The position numbers were made by a program, and so were the translations under genes. Below are positions 37,706 through 46,744 of a stretch of DNA of 64,000 bases, piece after piece (within the stretch, counting starts at the first letter, position 1; each line of letters opens with the position of its first letter). The DNA lies in NCBI GenBank assembly GCA_937922235.1, contig CAKZVC010000033.1, forward strand, positions 7,274 to 71,273, read 5' to 3'. Under the pieces are notes generated by a model. It did not search any database. It was not told where the DNA came from and worked only from the letters and a program-made list of their open reading frames with translations. The stretch is from an uncultured Acidimicrobiales bacterium. GTDB lineage: Bacteria; Actinomycetota; Acidimicrobiia; Acidimicrobiales; SHLQ01.

Positions 37706-40450
37706 GTGAAGGTTGGGGACGGTCAGCAATGGCGAGAGCGCATATCGTCACTTGTTTTCTCCAGCGACCATCCAACGGTCATCGCCGCCCCTCCAGGCTT
37801 CGGAGTTTCAACCCTCGCGGCCTATCTGGGATCATCGGTTCACCCGACACCAGCATCGGTAGTCGACCTACACGCTGTCGACGTCGCCGAGCTCTCAATC
37901 GATGCACTCCGACAACAGCACGTGGTGTTCGTGGCGCGGGAGATACCGGACCTCACGAAGATCCCTGGGGCTCAGCTGATCAGTCATTCGCAGCTTCGGT
38001 TCACCGAAGACGAGGCAATCGAGGTCGCCGAAGCTCACGGCGTTGACGCATCGGTTGCCCGATCTATCCATTTGTTCACTGCAGGCTGGCCAGGCTATTT
38101 CAACGCCTGCCTCGACGTGCTTTCCCAGGACGCACGAACCACAAGTTCGCCTCCCATCACCGCCGACGATGCCTACGATCGACTTCACAAGGGACCGCAC
38201 CTGCGCGCCCTCATCAGCACGTGTACCGCCGATCTCACCCCGACCGATCACTCCCAGATTGCGCAACTCACTCACTTCACCAAGATCTCCCCCGGACTGG
38301 TCGAGGCTCTGCTCGGCCCGAAAGGACTCAGTCGAATTCAACGATCCGGTCTGCCGATCGTCGAAACCCAACCCGGTTGGTACGAGATCCTCGAGCCCGT
38401 GCGAGGCGTTCTCCGATCGAGCTCCACACTCGATGAGCAAACCGCTCGCAAGCTTGCACCCGAGCTCATTGCTGAGGCCGGCATGGTTGCCGGCGCCCGA
38501 ATTCTCCTGGCCGCGGGTCAGCCAGCCGCCGCGGCGACTGCCCTCCGGTCGGTACCCGTGCACGAACTCGACGAAGGCAGCCAGCCGACACTTCTGTCGC
38601 TGCTACGAACCGTCCTCGATAGCGAGAAGGACGACGGTTCGCTTCGACTTCGTCTGGCGAGGGTGTACCACAACCATGGCGATCTCGTGTCGCTTCGACG
38701 GTCACTCGAAGATGCCACCGTTGCGGCGATCGATCAGCTTCGCCCCGATCTTGAGCTCGAGGCTCAATCCGAGCTGTTGTTACTCGACCTCGACATTGTC
38801 GACCATGAGATCGTTCGCGACAGGCTCGAGATCCTCCAGTCGAAGGCCAAAGACCACGCAAACCAGTCATCACTCATTCGTCTTCGCGAAGTGGCACTCA
38901 TGCTCGAGTCCGAACGTGAGGAGCTCGACCACATCTACTCAGCTGCGTCCCGACTCGAATCTGTTGCGAACGATTGGGAGTTGATTGGCGAGAACGCCCG
39001 TGCTGCAGCCACCCTGCGCATGCTTGCGAGCCGCCCCCTCTTCCACCTTGGCCGCCACGCCAAAGGTGTCGAAGTTGCCAAACGTGCCTGCGAGCTTTCG
39101 CAGCAACACCCGCAAGGGCATCTCAAGAGTCTTCTTCTTCTCGCCCGCGAGCTTGCGATGACTGCCGACCACGAGAGCTTTCTGCCAATCGCCGATCGGG
39201 TCAGCGAGCTCGCTCCTGCTTCCGGCTTGGCTTGGATCGACGCGTACGACAACTGGGCGCGCATGGTCATGGCAGGGTTCGCTCTCGACGACCAAGGCGT
39301 GATGGCGCACCAGCGGCGGGGCGAATCGCTCATGCCGCGCGAACTGTTAGAGCACGGCACCGGTGCAATCTTCTTTTCCGATGCTGCGACCGCCGCCGCA
39401 ACAGCGGGTGAACTCGAGTCCGCCTCGACGTTCCTTGACCGCGCATTGCAGCGTCGTGCACTTGCACCGCTCGATGTCGGCTGCGCTGAAGTGTTGGTGC
39501 TTGCCTACCGTAGAGATCCGCAATGCAAGGACGCGCTCGAGGTGCTCGCGACGACGACTCCGATCCCCGCAGAACGCAAATGGCGCCTCGACCTTGCCGT
39601 CGAGCTCGCACTCGGCGAGCCGAGTTCTTCGCGTCACGACGAGGCGGTGCAGCACGGACTTGAACGGGTCTATGACTCGACGATTCGAGCATTTGCCGCA
39701 ACCTCTGCCCCCGAAAGCGTGTCGCTGAAGTTGCTGGGCGACTTCGCAGTCCAGCGAGGGTCGCGAAGTATTCCAGTTGCAGGCGGTAAGGCGACCGAGC
39801 TCGTGAAGTTCCTTGGCGTTCGGATGAAAGCCGTGCCCGCCGACGTCGTCATCGACTACCTGTGGGGCAATGTCAGCACCGACGTTGGCCTTCGCCGACT
39901 GAAGAACGTCGTGAGCCGGGCCCGGGCCAGCCTGGGCCAGGACGCAATCGAACGTCGCGGTCAGACGGTAGGACTTGGCGCCCACGTGACATCGGATCTT
40001 GCTGAGTTGCGTACGCTTCTTCGCCATTTGCGAGTCGAACCGAATGACACCACTGCCGCCCGACGCTGTGTCGAGCTGTATGCCGGACCGTTGCTCGAAC
40101 TCGATGTGTATGACGACTGGGTAGCCGCAGAACGTGAGTCGCTCGCAGCAGCGGTGTTGTCGGCGCTTGAGCTAGTGGTCGATGCCGCTGATGCCCCGAG
40201 CGCATGGACGCTCGACGCACTCGCCCGGATTCAACCCAACGACGATCGGCCGTATATGGCTGTCGCGGATCTTGCGGAACGACAACAGGACGCGACAACC
40301 CTCCGACTTGCGCTTGCACAAGTTCGGAGGATCTGTCTTGCCTTGGACCTCGACGTGCCGGCCGGGTATGACCGGCTGCACGCGAGAATTACCGAGCTAG
40401 CCGTGCCAGACGCCGTTGGCGCTTTCGAGGGTTCCGGAGGCAACAGCTGA
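37706..40450 (+). CDS. large regulator: MalT-like degenerate NTPase, helical TPR-like region, C-terminal winged-helix/BTAD
   Basis: IAAPPGFGVSTL, LRFTEDEA, TAGWP; C-terminal LKLLGDFAV, IDYLWG, ELYAGPLL..YDDWVAAERE. Confidence 0.8.
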   Translation: MKVGDGQQWRERISSLVFSSDHPTVIAAPPGFGVSTLAAYLGSSVHPTPASVVDLHAVDVAELSIDALRQQHVVFVAREIPDLTKIPGAQLISHSQLRFTEDEAIEVAEAHGVDASVARSIHLFTAGWPGYFNACLDVLSQDARTTSSPPITADDAYDRLHKGPHLRALISTCTADLTPTDHSQIAQLTHFTKISPGLVEALLGPKGLSRIQRSGLPIVETQPGWYEILEPVRGVLRSSSTLDEQTARKLAPELIAEAGMVAGARILLAAGQPAAAATALRSVPVHELDEGSQPTLLSLLRTVLDSEKDDGSLRLRLARVYHNHGDLVSLRRSLEDATVAAIDQLRPDLELEAQSELLLLDLDIVDHEIVRDRLEILQSKAKDHANQSSLIRLREVALMLESEREELDHIYSAASRLESVANDWELIGENARAAATLRMLASRPLFHLGRHAKGVEVAKRACELSQQHPQGHLKSLLLLARELAMTADHESFLPIADRVSELAPASGLAWIDAYDNWARMVMAGFALDDQGVMAHQRRGESLMPRELLEHGTGAIFFSDAATAAATAGELESASTFLDRALQRRALAPLDVGCAEVLVLAYRRDPQCKDALEVLATTTPIPAERKWRLDLAVELALGEPSSSRHDEAVQHGLERVYDSTIRAFAATSAPESVSLKLLGDFAVQRGSRSIPVAGGKATELVKFLGVRMKAVPADVVIDYLWGNVSTDVGLRRLKNVVSRARASLGQDAIERRGQTVGLGAHVTSDLAELRTLLRHLRVEPNDTTAARRCVELYAGPLLELDVYDDWVAAERESLAAAVLSALELVVDAADAPSAWTLDALARIQPNDDRPYMAVADLAERQQDATTLRLALAQVRRICLALDLDVPAGYDRLHARITELAVPDAVGAFEGSGGNS

Positions 40451-40510
40451 GCCAATAGCGGCTCCGATCATGGTCGACGCAATGAAGATGTATCGCTTGA
40501 AGGTGTGCAT
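40397..40510 (-). CDS. 37-aa secreted peptide precursor (candidate signalling peptide)
   Basis: MHTFKRYIFIASTMIGAAIGSAVASGTLESANGVWHG*; GAAAGGGA SD 6 nt upstream; basic n-region, hydrophobic core, short polar tail. Confidence 0.65.
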   Translation of the reverse strand: MHTFKRYIFIASTMIGAAIGSAVASGTLESANGVWHG

Positions 40511-40581
40511 TGGTGAGTCCCTTTCGTTGAGGTGCTCACAACGAACCAATGCCTCGTCCCACGCTGGTTAGCGATCTCGCA

Positions 40582-40598
40582 GGGACCGCGGAGGGACC
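40582..40598. promoter_or_regulatory. GGGACC direct repeat with 11-bp period upstream of the peptide gene
   Basis: GGGACC-GCGGA-GGGACC about 70 nt upstream of the peptide ATG. Confidence 0.4.
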
Positions 40599-40768
40599 TC
40601 GCTCAGCGCGGTCTTGCCGGCGGGTGCCGAACGGCGACAAATCAACAACGGGGTCTCACCACTGGCGCGCAGCATTGCGCTCGGTGACATCGTCACCGAG
40701 CAAATCCGTTCGAGAACCCATCAGATTTGCTGGGCCCGCAGGGCCGGCCGGATGTGAGAACTGACGGA

Positions 40769-41374
40769 TCAGCTCGTGCCGAGGCACGCTGCGATCGCGT
40801 TTGCCTCGATCGCGTTGCGCCCGAGGCCGAAGTTCGGATCGGCAAACAGGAAGTCTGCCTGTGCCTCAACCAGCACCTCGACGATGCAGCTCGCGTTCGC
40901 GGCCGTTCTCCCCTGACGGCGCAGCGAGGCAACCGCCACTTCGGCTGCGCCATCGTCGACGACGTCGTCGTCGTCATTGTTTGCCAACGCCGACGCAGCG
41001 CTGACCGAGTGTTGTTGGGGTTCCACTACCGACGGCTCGCGCTGAGCTACCCGATCATCGCCAATCGAGGTGCCAAGCACGTCAACGGAGACACATCGAG
41101 CGGTAGCGGCAACAAAAGCGTCGCGACGTTCTTCGGTCCGTTCGAGACGGGGGTCGGCCGCGTCCAACCGATCGAGCGCGATCAACGAATCGGCAATGCA
41201 GGTGGCCTCGGCCTCTGAGACGCCGGTCGTCTGAACGGCAGCGATCGCATCGTCGCGCACGAATTCGTCCGCACAGCTAGCGAGTACAACGATTGCGGGA
41301 ACCACCCAAAGACAGGCCTGTGCGCGCAACGAGATAGGCCGACGCGCAACTCGAGCGAAAACGGACGAACCCAT
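40769..41374 (-). CDS. hypothetical lipoprotein with duplicated A.CI helical motif
   Basis: Lipobox LASC; EAEATCIADSL and ANASCIVEVL repeats. Confidence 0.7.
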   Translation of the reverse strand: MGSSVFARVARRPISLRAQACLWVVPAIVVLASCADEFVRDDAIAAVQTTGVSEAEATCIADSLIALDRLDAADPRLERTEERRDAFVAATARCVSVDVLGTSIGDDRVAQREPSVVEPQQHSVSAASALANNDDDDVVDDGAAEVAVASLRRQGRTAANASCIVEVLVEAQADFLFADPNFGLGRNAIEANAIAACLGTS

Positions 41375-41402
41375 GCGGTGCCAATCGGCATGTACGGCCA
41401 GG

Positions 41403-41419
41403 TATTGAGCGCCCCAATA
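41403..41419. promoter_or_regulatory. candidate LysR-type operator
   Basis: TATTG-N7-CAATA palindrome containing T-N11-A, upstream of the aconitase-LysR operon. Confidence 0.35.
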
Positions 41420-41472
41420 GGGCGCCCCGCACGGCTAGGATGAAGGCGTTTGCCAACCACCTGAGGTATCCC

Positions 41473-43755
41473 GTGGCCGTGTACGCCAACACTCCAATCG
41501 AACTGATCAACGCCGTGTACGGCACGCTCGACGAGCGCCTTGCGAAGGGTCGTGAGCGCCTTGGGCGAGCGTTGACGCTGACCGAGAAGATCCTCATCAA
41601 TCACCTTGACGATGTGGACACCGGCGGCATGGATCGTGGCGTGAGCTACACCGACCTTCGCCCTGACCGGGTCGCCATGCAGGACGCAACCGCGCAGATG
41701 GCCTGGCTCCAGTTCATGACGGCTGGCCTCCCACAAACCGCAGTACCAACCACCACCCATTGCGACCACCTCATCCAGGCCCGTGTCGATGGAAAGACCG
41801 ACCTCGCGGTCGCCGCCGACACCAACAAAGAGGTGTACCAATTCCTCCAGGACGTCAGCGCAAAGTTCGGCGGCGGTTTCTGGGCCCCAGGATCAGGAAT
41901 TATCCACCAGGTCGTACTCGAGAACTACGCCTTCCCGGGCGGCATGATGCTCGGCACCGATAGCCACACACCAAACGCTGGCGGTCTCGGCATGATCGCC
42001 GTTGGCGTGGGCGGCGCCGACGCTGTCGACGTCATGACGGGCTTCCCGTGGAACGTTCGTTGGCCAAAGGCCATCGGCGTGCACCTCACCGGAGAGCTGT
42101 CTGGTTGGGCGGCACCCAAGGACGTCATCTTGAAGGTCGCCGAGATCCTGACCGTCAAGGGCGGCACCGGCGCCATCGTCGAGTACTTCGGACCAGGAGC
42201 CGAGAGCCTGTCAGCAACTGGCAAAGCCACGATCTGCAACATGGGTGCCGAGATCGGCGCGACCACCTCGGTCTTTGCGTACGACGATGCGACGAGCCGC
42301 TACCTCAAGGCCACCGGCCGTGAAGAGATCGACGACGCGGCACGCAACGTTGCCCATCACCTACGTGCCGACGACGAGGTCTACGCCAACCCTGGCGACT
42401 ACTTCGACCAGGTCATCGAGATCGACCTCAACACGCTCGAGCCACTCATCAACGGCCCACACACTCCCGACCTCGCCCGCCCGCTCAGCAAGCTCGGTGC
42501 CGAAGCCGAGCTCAACGGATGGCCGAAGGAAATCTCCGCAGCGCTTATCGGCTCGTGCACGAACTCGTCGTATGAGGACATCAGCCGTGCGGCCTCGATC
42601 GCCCGCGACGCGGCGGCAAAGGGACTGACTGCGAAGGTGCCATTCATGGTCACGCCCGGCTCTGAGGCAACCATGCGGACCATCGAACGCGACGGCTTTC
42701 TCGCCGACCTCGAAGCCATCGGCGGCGTCGTGCTCGCCAACGCCTGCGGTCCGTGCATTGGTCAGTGGAAGCGCGATGATCGCGAAGGCAGCGAGGGCAC
42801 CGCAAACAGCATCGTCACCTCGTACAACCGCAACTTCCCGAAGCGCAACGATGGCGACGGCGCAACGCTCGCCTTTGTGACCTCACCGGAAACCACCGTG
42901 GCGCTCGCTCTTGCTGGCCGCCTCGACTTCGACCCGAAGACCGACACGCTCACCAACGACGCTGGCGACGAGGTCATGCTCACAGTCGGCGACGCCATCG
43001 AGCTCCCAAGCGCTGGCTTTGAAGACGGCACGTCGATGTTTATCGCTCCCCCAGAGGACGCCTCGGGCATCGAAGTCTCCGTGTCTCCTGACTCCGACCG
43101 CCTCCAGCTCCTCACCCCATTCCCGAAGTGGGATGGGAACGACTACCTCGAGCTGCCGATCCTTGGCAAAGGCATGGGCAAGGTCACAACCGACCACATC
43201 TCGATGGCCGGTCCATGGCTCAAGTACCGCGGCCACCTCGAGAACATCTCGGGCAACCTCTACCTCGGAGTTGTCAACGCCTACACCGGCGAGAGCGAGC
43301 TGGCTGTCGACCCGAGCGATGGTCAGACCAAGAGCTACCCAAACATCGCCAAGAGCTTGCACGAGAAGGGCATCAACTGGGTATTCATCGGTGACGAGAA
43401 CGTCGGCGAAGGTTCCAGCCGCGAGCACGCCGCAATGGAGCCACGCTTTCGTGGATGCCATGCAGTGTTCGCCAAGTCGTTCGCTCGAATCCACGAGACC
43501 AACCTCAAGAAGCAGGGTGTGTTGGCGTTGACCTTTGCTGACCCCGACTTCTGGCTCGCTATCGAAGAGGGCGACACCATCTCGATCACCGGTCTCTCTG
43601 AGCTCGCCCCGGGCAAACAGGTTCAGTGTGTACTGCACAAGGCCGACGGCGAAAGCATCGAGTTCCTCACGAACCAGACGCTCTCTCAGGACCAGATCGA
43701 ATGGTTCCACGCTGGTTCAGCGCTCAACTTGATCCGCGAACAGACGGGCGGCTGA
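41473..43755 (+). CDS. acnA: aconitate hydratase (mitochondrial-type)
   Basis: LRPDRVAMQDATAQMA, GTDSHTPN, IGSCTNSSYED, ANACGPCIGQW, GSSREHAA. Confidence 0.92.
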   Translation: MAVYANTPIELINAVYGTLDERLAKGRERLGRALTLTEKILINHLDDVDTGGMDRGVSYTDLRPDRVAMQDATAQMAWLQFMTAGLPQTAVPTTTHCDHLIQARVDGKTDLAVAADTNKEVYQFLQDVSAKFGGGFWAPGSGIIHQVVLENYAFPGGMMLGTDSHTPNAGGLGMIAVGVGGADAVDVMTGFPWNVRWPKAIGVHLTGELSGWAAPKDVILKVAEILTVKGGTGAIVEYFGPGAESLSATGKATICNMGAEIGATTSVFAYDDATSRYLKATGREEIDDAARNVAHHLRADDEVYANPGDYFDQVIEIDLNTLEPLINGPHTPDLARPLSKLGAEAELNGWPKEISAALIGSCTNSSYEDISRAASIARDAAAKGLTAKVPFMVTPGSEATMRTIERDGFLADLEAIGGVVLANACGPCIGQWKRDDREGSEGTANSIVTSYNRNFPKRNDGDGATLAFVTSPETTVALALAGRLDFDPKTDTLTNDAGDEVMLTVGDAIELPSAGFEDGTSMFIAPPEDASGIEVSVSPDSDRLQLLTPFPKWDGNDYLELPILGKGMGKVTTDHISMAGPWLKYRGHLENISGNLYLGVVNAYTGESELAVDPSDGQTKSYPNIAKSLHEKGINWVFIGDENVGEGSSREHAAMEPRFRGCHAVFAKSFARIHETNLKKQGVLALTFADPDFWLAIEEGDTISITGLSELAPGKQVQCVLHKADGESIEFLTNQTLSQDQIEWFHAGSALNLIREQTGG

Positions 43756-43764
43756 TCACCCGGC

Positions 43765-44685
43765 ATGGATCTTCGCCAACTCAACGCGATCGTCGCAGTC
43801 TCCGAGCACCGCAGTTTCTCCGCGGCTGCCCGGGCGCTGCACACGGTGCAGTCAAACGTGTCCACCCATGTGGCTCGCCTTGAGCGAGAGCTCGACGCCA
43901 TCCTCGTCGATCGGCGTACGGGTGAGCTGACGGCGGAGGGCGAAGTCGTTGTCCTCCGAGCGCTGCGAATCAAAGCTGAGCTTCAGGCCATTCCCGCTGA
44001 CGTGTCGGCGCTTCGCGATGACATCCGGGGTACGGTTCGCTTTGGCATCATCGGCACGACGGGCCGTTGGCTGGTTCCTGCACTTCTCTCTGCCCTAAAG
44101 GACTCCTTCCCCGGCGTGCATCTCGTTGTCGTCGATGCAACCACGACGGGCCTCCTTCCCCAGCTGCAGAGCGGTCAGCTCACGATGGCGGTGTTGAACC
44201 TGCCGCTGAGCGAACCCGAGCTAGCGTCCGAGCCCTTGTTCGACGAGGAACGCATTCTGATCGTTCCGAACGCTCATCCGCTGGCCAAGGAAGAACGAGT
44301 CACCCTCGCTGACCTTGCGAAGTACGAGCTGGTACTGCCTCCGGAGGGCACGCAGTTCCGCAATGAGGTCGACGAAGCAGCAGCCGAGCTTGGCGTGGTC
44401 CTCAAGCCGGCTGCAGAGCTTGACGGTATGCGCCTCCTCGCCTCGCTCGCCTTCCAAGGCTACGCACCGGCACTGGTTCCAGCGACGGCGGCCCCATTCG
44501 GTGAAGGCGAGAATTGGAGCATCGTCAACGTCGATGACATGTCGACTCGCAGCGTTGGTCTCGCGTACCGCCGCTGGACCACTCTGCCTGCTCCAGCACG
44601 TGCGGTTCAGCAAGTGATCTCCGAGGTAGTTGCCGCTCGAGGTGCTCAGCAGCCGGGTCTGCACGTCACCATCTCGGACGACTGA
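43765..44685 (+). CDS. LysR family regulator
   Basis: MDLRQL..SFSAAARALHTVQSNVS HTH plus substrate-binding domain. Confidence 0.93.
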   Translation: MDLRQLNAIVAVSEHRSFSAAARALHTVQSNVSTHVARLERELDAILVDRRTGELTAEGEVVVLRALRIKAELQAIPADVSALRDDIRGTVRFGIIGTTGRWLVPALLSALKDSFPGVHLVVVDATTTGLLPQLQSGQLTMAVLNLPLSEPELASEPLFDEERILIVPNAHPLAKEERVTLADLAKYELVLPPEGTQFRNEVDEAAAELGVVLKPAAELDGMRLLASLAFQGYAPALVPATAAPFGEGENWSIVNVDDMSTRSVGLAYRRWTTLPAPARAVQQVISEVVAARGAQQPGLHVTISDD

Positions 44686-44697
44686 CAGTCCCGACAG

Positions 44698-45111
44698 TTA
44701 CGGGTTGTTGTTGTCCTTGATGTTGGTGTTGAGGTTGGTATTTCCCTTGCCCTTGCCCGGAATGTCCTTCTGACAGATCAACCCGTCGAGGTTCGCATCA
44801 ACGTTCTGGCCATTCTTTTTGGTCGAGTTGTTTGGAATGAGATTCCAACCGTTCGGACACCCTCTCGGATCCTCGATCGCACCCTCGTCAGCGTCGATTG
44901 CGGCCGTACCGAAGCCAGCATTCACATTGGCGAGCTCTGCTTCCAATGCTCCGCCGATCATCGGCAGAGCGATCATGATGGCGATCACAACACCGCCGAT
45001 CAAAACCGCATACTCGACCATGGCAGCACCACGATCGGATACAGAGGTTGGTGCTTCAGGGTGATCGGTGCCGCCGGCTCGACGGTCCAAGGCATGAGAA
45101 GTTTGAACCAT
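44698..45111 (-). CDS. Flp/TadE-type pilin-like protein with C-terminal Cys/Ca-binding tail
   Basis: DRG-AAMVEYAVL class III signal, TM helix, then CPNGW...DANLDGLIC. Confidence 0.75.
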   Translation of the reverse strand: MVQTSHALDRRAGGTDHPEAPTSVSDRGAAMVEYAVLIGGVVIAIMIALPMIGGALEAELANVNAGFGTAAIDADEGAIEDPRGCPNGWNLIPNNSTKKNGQNVDANLDGLICQKDIPGKGKGNTNLNTNIKDNNNP

Positions 45112-45250
45112 GAAGACTGATTCGGTCGACCCACTCGAATTCCCGACTGCCAATTGTCACGATCTTTAGGCGACATAGGTATCGATCTGGGTACTACGTC
45201 ACGTTCCCTCACCTGTCATCGGGGTGCAGTTCCCGCATAGACTCTCTCCC

Positions 45251-46585
45251 GTGACGGCCACTGATACCGATGTCGAACGCAGCACTCGCCAGATTCGACG
45301 CGGAAGCGACGGCCGGCGACATGTCATCGTGCGCATCGCGGCTGATGCCGAGGCGGCGCTAACCAGCGCCGATGCTGGATTAATCGCTGGGGGTGCAGGC
45401 GCCGCACGCGAGCAAGGCATCCCGCTCGTTCTCGAGTTTCGCGCCAACGGACCAGCTGCTGAGGAAGAACTCGCCGTCACCTTTGCCATCGGCGCTGCTG
45501 CTCGTCAGCTCACTGCCTGCTCGGGGCGCGTGCCAATGATCGGCGTGCTCCATGGCGATGCCGTCGCCGGGCCAGCGTTACTGCTCGGGCTTCTCGACCA
45601 TGTGATCGTCGTCGATCAGAGCCACGCGTTTGTCAGCGGCCCAAACATGGTCAGCGAATTCACGGGCGTCGAATTCAACCGCACCGAGCTGGGCGGCAGC
45701 TCCGTGCTCGCAAATCAGGCGGGGCTTGCCAGCCTCGTCGCCCCCGATATCGATACGGCGTACGCCCTCGTCGACGAACTCCTCACGGTCCTGCCAGCCA
45801 ACAACGAGGAGCCTCCGCCCATTCTTGAGACAGCCGATCCGGTCGAGCGTGCCGTTCCTGAAGCGGCCGACATCATCCCCGACTCGGCCACGGGCGCCTA
45901 CGACGTCCGCGATGTCATCACCGCCGTTGTCGATGATGACTGGTTCCTCGAACTGCGATCAACGTTCGCCACGAACCTCGTCACCGGGCTAGCAACTGTT
46001 GGCGGCCTGCCAGTTGGCATCGTCGCCAACCAGCCGATGGCGATTGCGGGCACCCTCGACATCCCGTCATCGCAAAAGGGCGGCCGGTTTGTTGCGTTCT
46101 GCGATGCGTTCAATCTGCCCATCGTCACGTTCGTCGACACGTCCGGGTTCTACCCCGGCAAAGACCTCGAGTGGCGAGGCATGATTCGCTACGGCGCCCA
46201 GCTGGCCTTTGCGTACGCGCGAGCCACGGTCCCGCGCATCAACGTCACGCTGCGCAAGAGCTACGGCGGGGCGTACATCGTCATGGACTCGAAGAACATG
46301 GGCAACGACCTCGCCTTCGCGTGGCCATCAGCTGAGATCGCAGTTATGGGGGCGAAGGGAGCGGTCGAGATCCTCCATCGCAAGGCCGATGAGACCGAGC
46401 GGGCCGAGCTTGAAGCTGCCTACGAGAAGCGTCTACTCAACCCCTACATCGCGGCTCAACGCGGCACGGTCGATGCTGTCATTTCACCGGCGCAAACCCG
46501 CACCGAAATCGGTCTCGGGCTGCAGCTTTTGGCCTCAAAGCGTGAGATCTTGCCCCGCCGCAAACACGACAACACACCAGTTTGA
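45251..46585 (+). CDS. acyl-CoA carboxylase carboxyltransferase (beta) subunit
   Basis: VGIVANQP, FCDAFNLPIVTFVDTSGF, RKSYGGAY, RKHDNTP. Confidence 0.9.
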   Translation: MTATDTDVERSTRQIRRGSDGRRHVIVRIAADAEAALTSADAGLIAGGAGAAREQGIPLVLEFRANGPAAEEELAVTFAIGAAARQLTACSGRVPMIGVLHGDAVAGPALLLGLLDHVIVVDQSHAFVSGPNMVSEFTGVEFNRTELGGSSVLANQAGLASLVAPDIDTAYALVDELLTVLPANNEEPPPILETADPVERAVPEAADIIPDSATGAYDVRDVITAVVDDDWFLELRSTFATNLVTGLATVGGLPVGIVANQPMAIAGTLDIPSSQKGGRFVAFCDAFNLPIVTFVDTSGFYPGKDLEWRGMIRYGAQLAFAYARATVPRINVTLRKSYGGAYIVMDSKNMGNDLAFAWPSAEIAVMGAKGAVEILHRKADETERAELEAAYEKRLLNPYIAAQRGTVDAVISPAQTRTEIGLGLQLLASKREILPRRKHDNTPV

Positions 46586-46744
46586 CGCCCGACCGGCAAA
46601 ACATCCCAAAAATCAACGCCTCCATTCCGCTCGGGTGAGTCCGATAGCACCTGTAGGCATATAGTTAAGTCCGGTTGCATACCGCTCAATGAGGAGCTGG
46701 ACGGGCAGCCCAGATTTCTCGTCCCTTAGATCCTGGAGATATTC

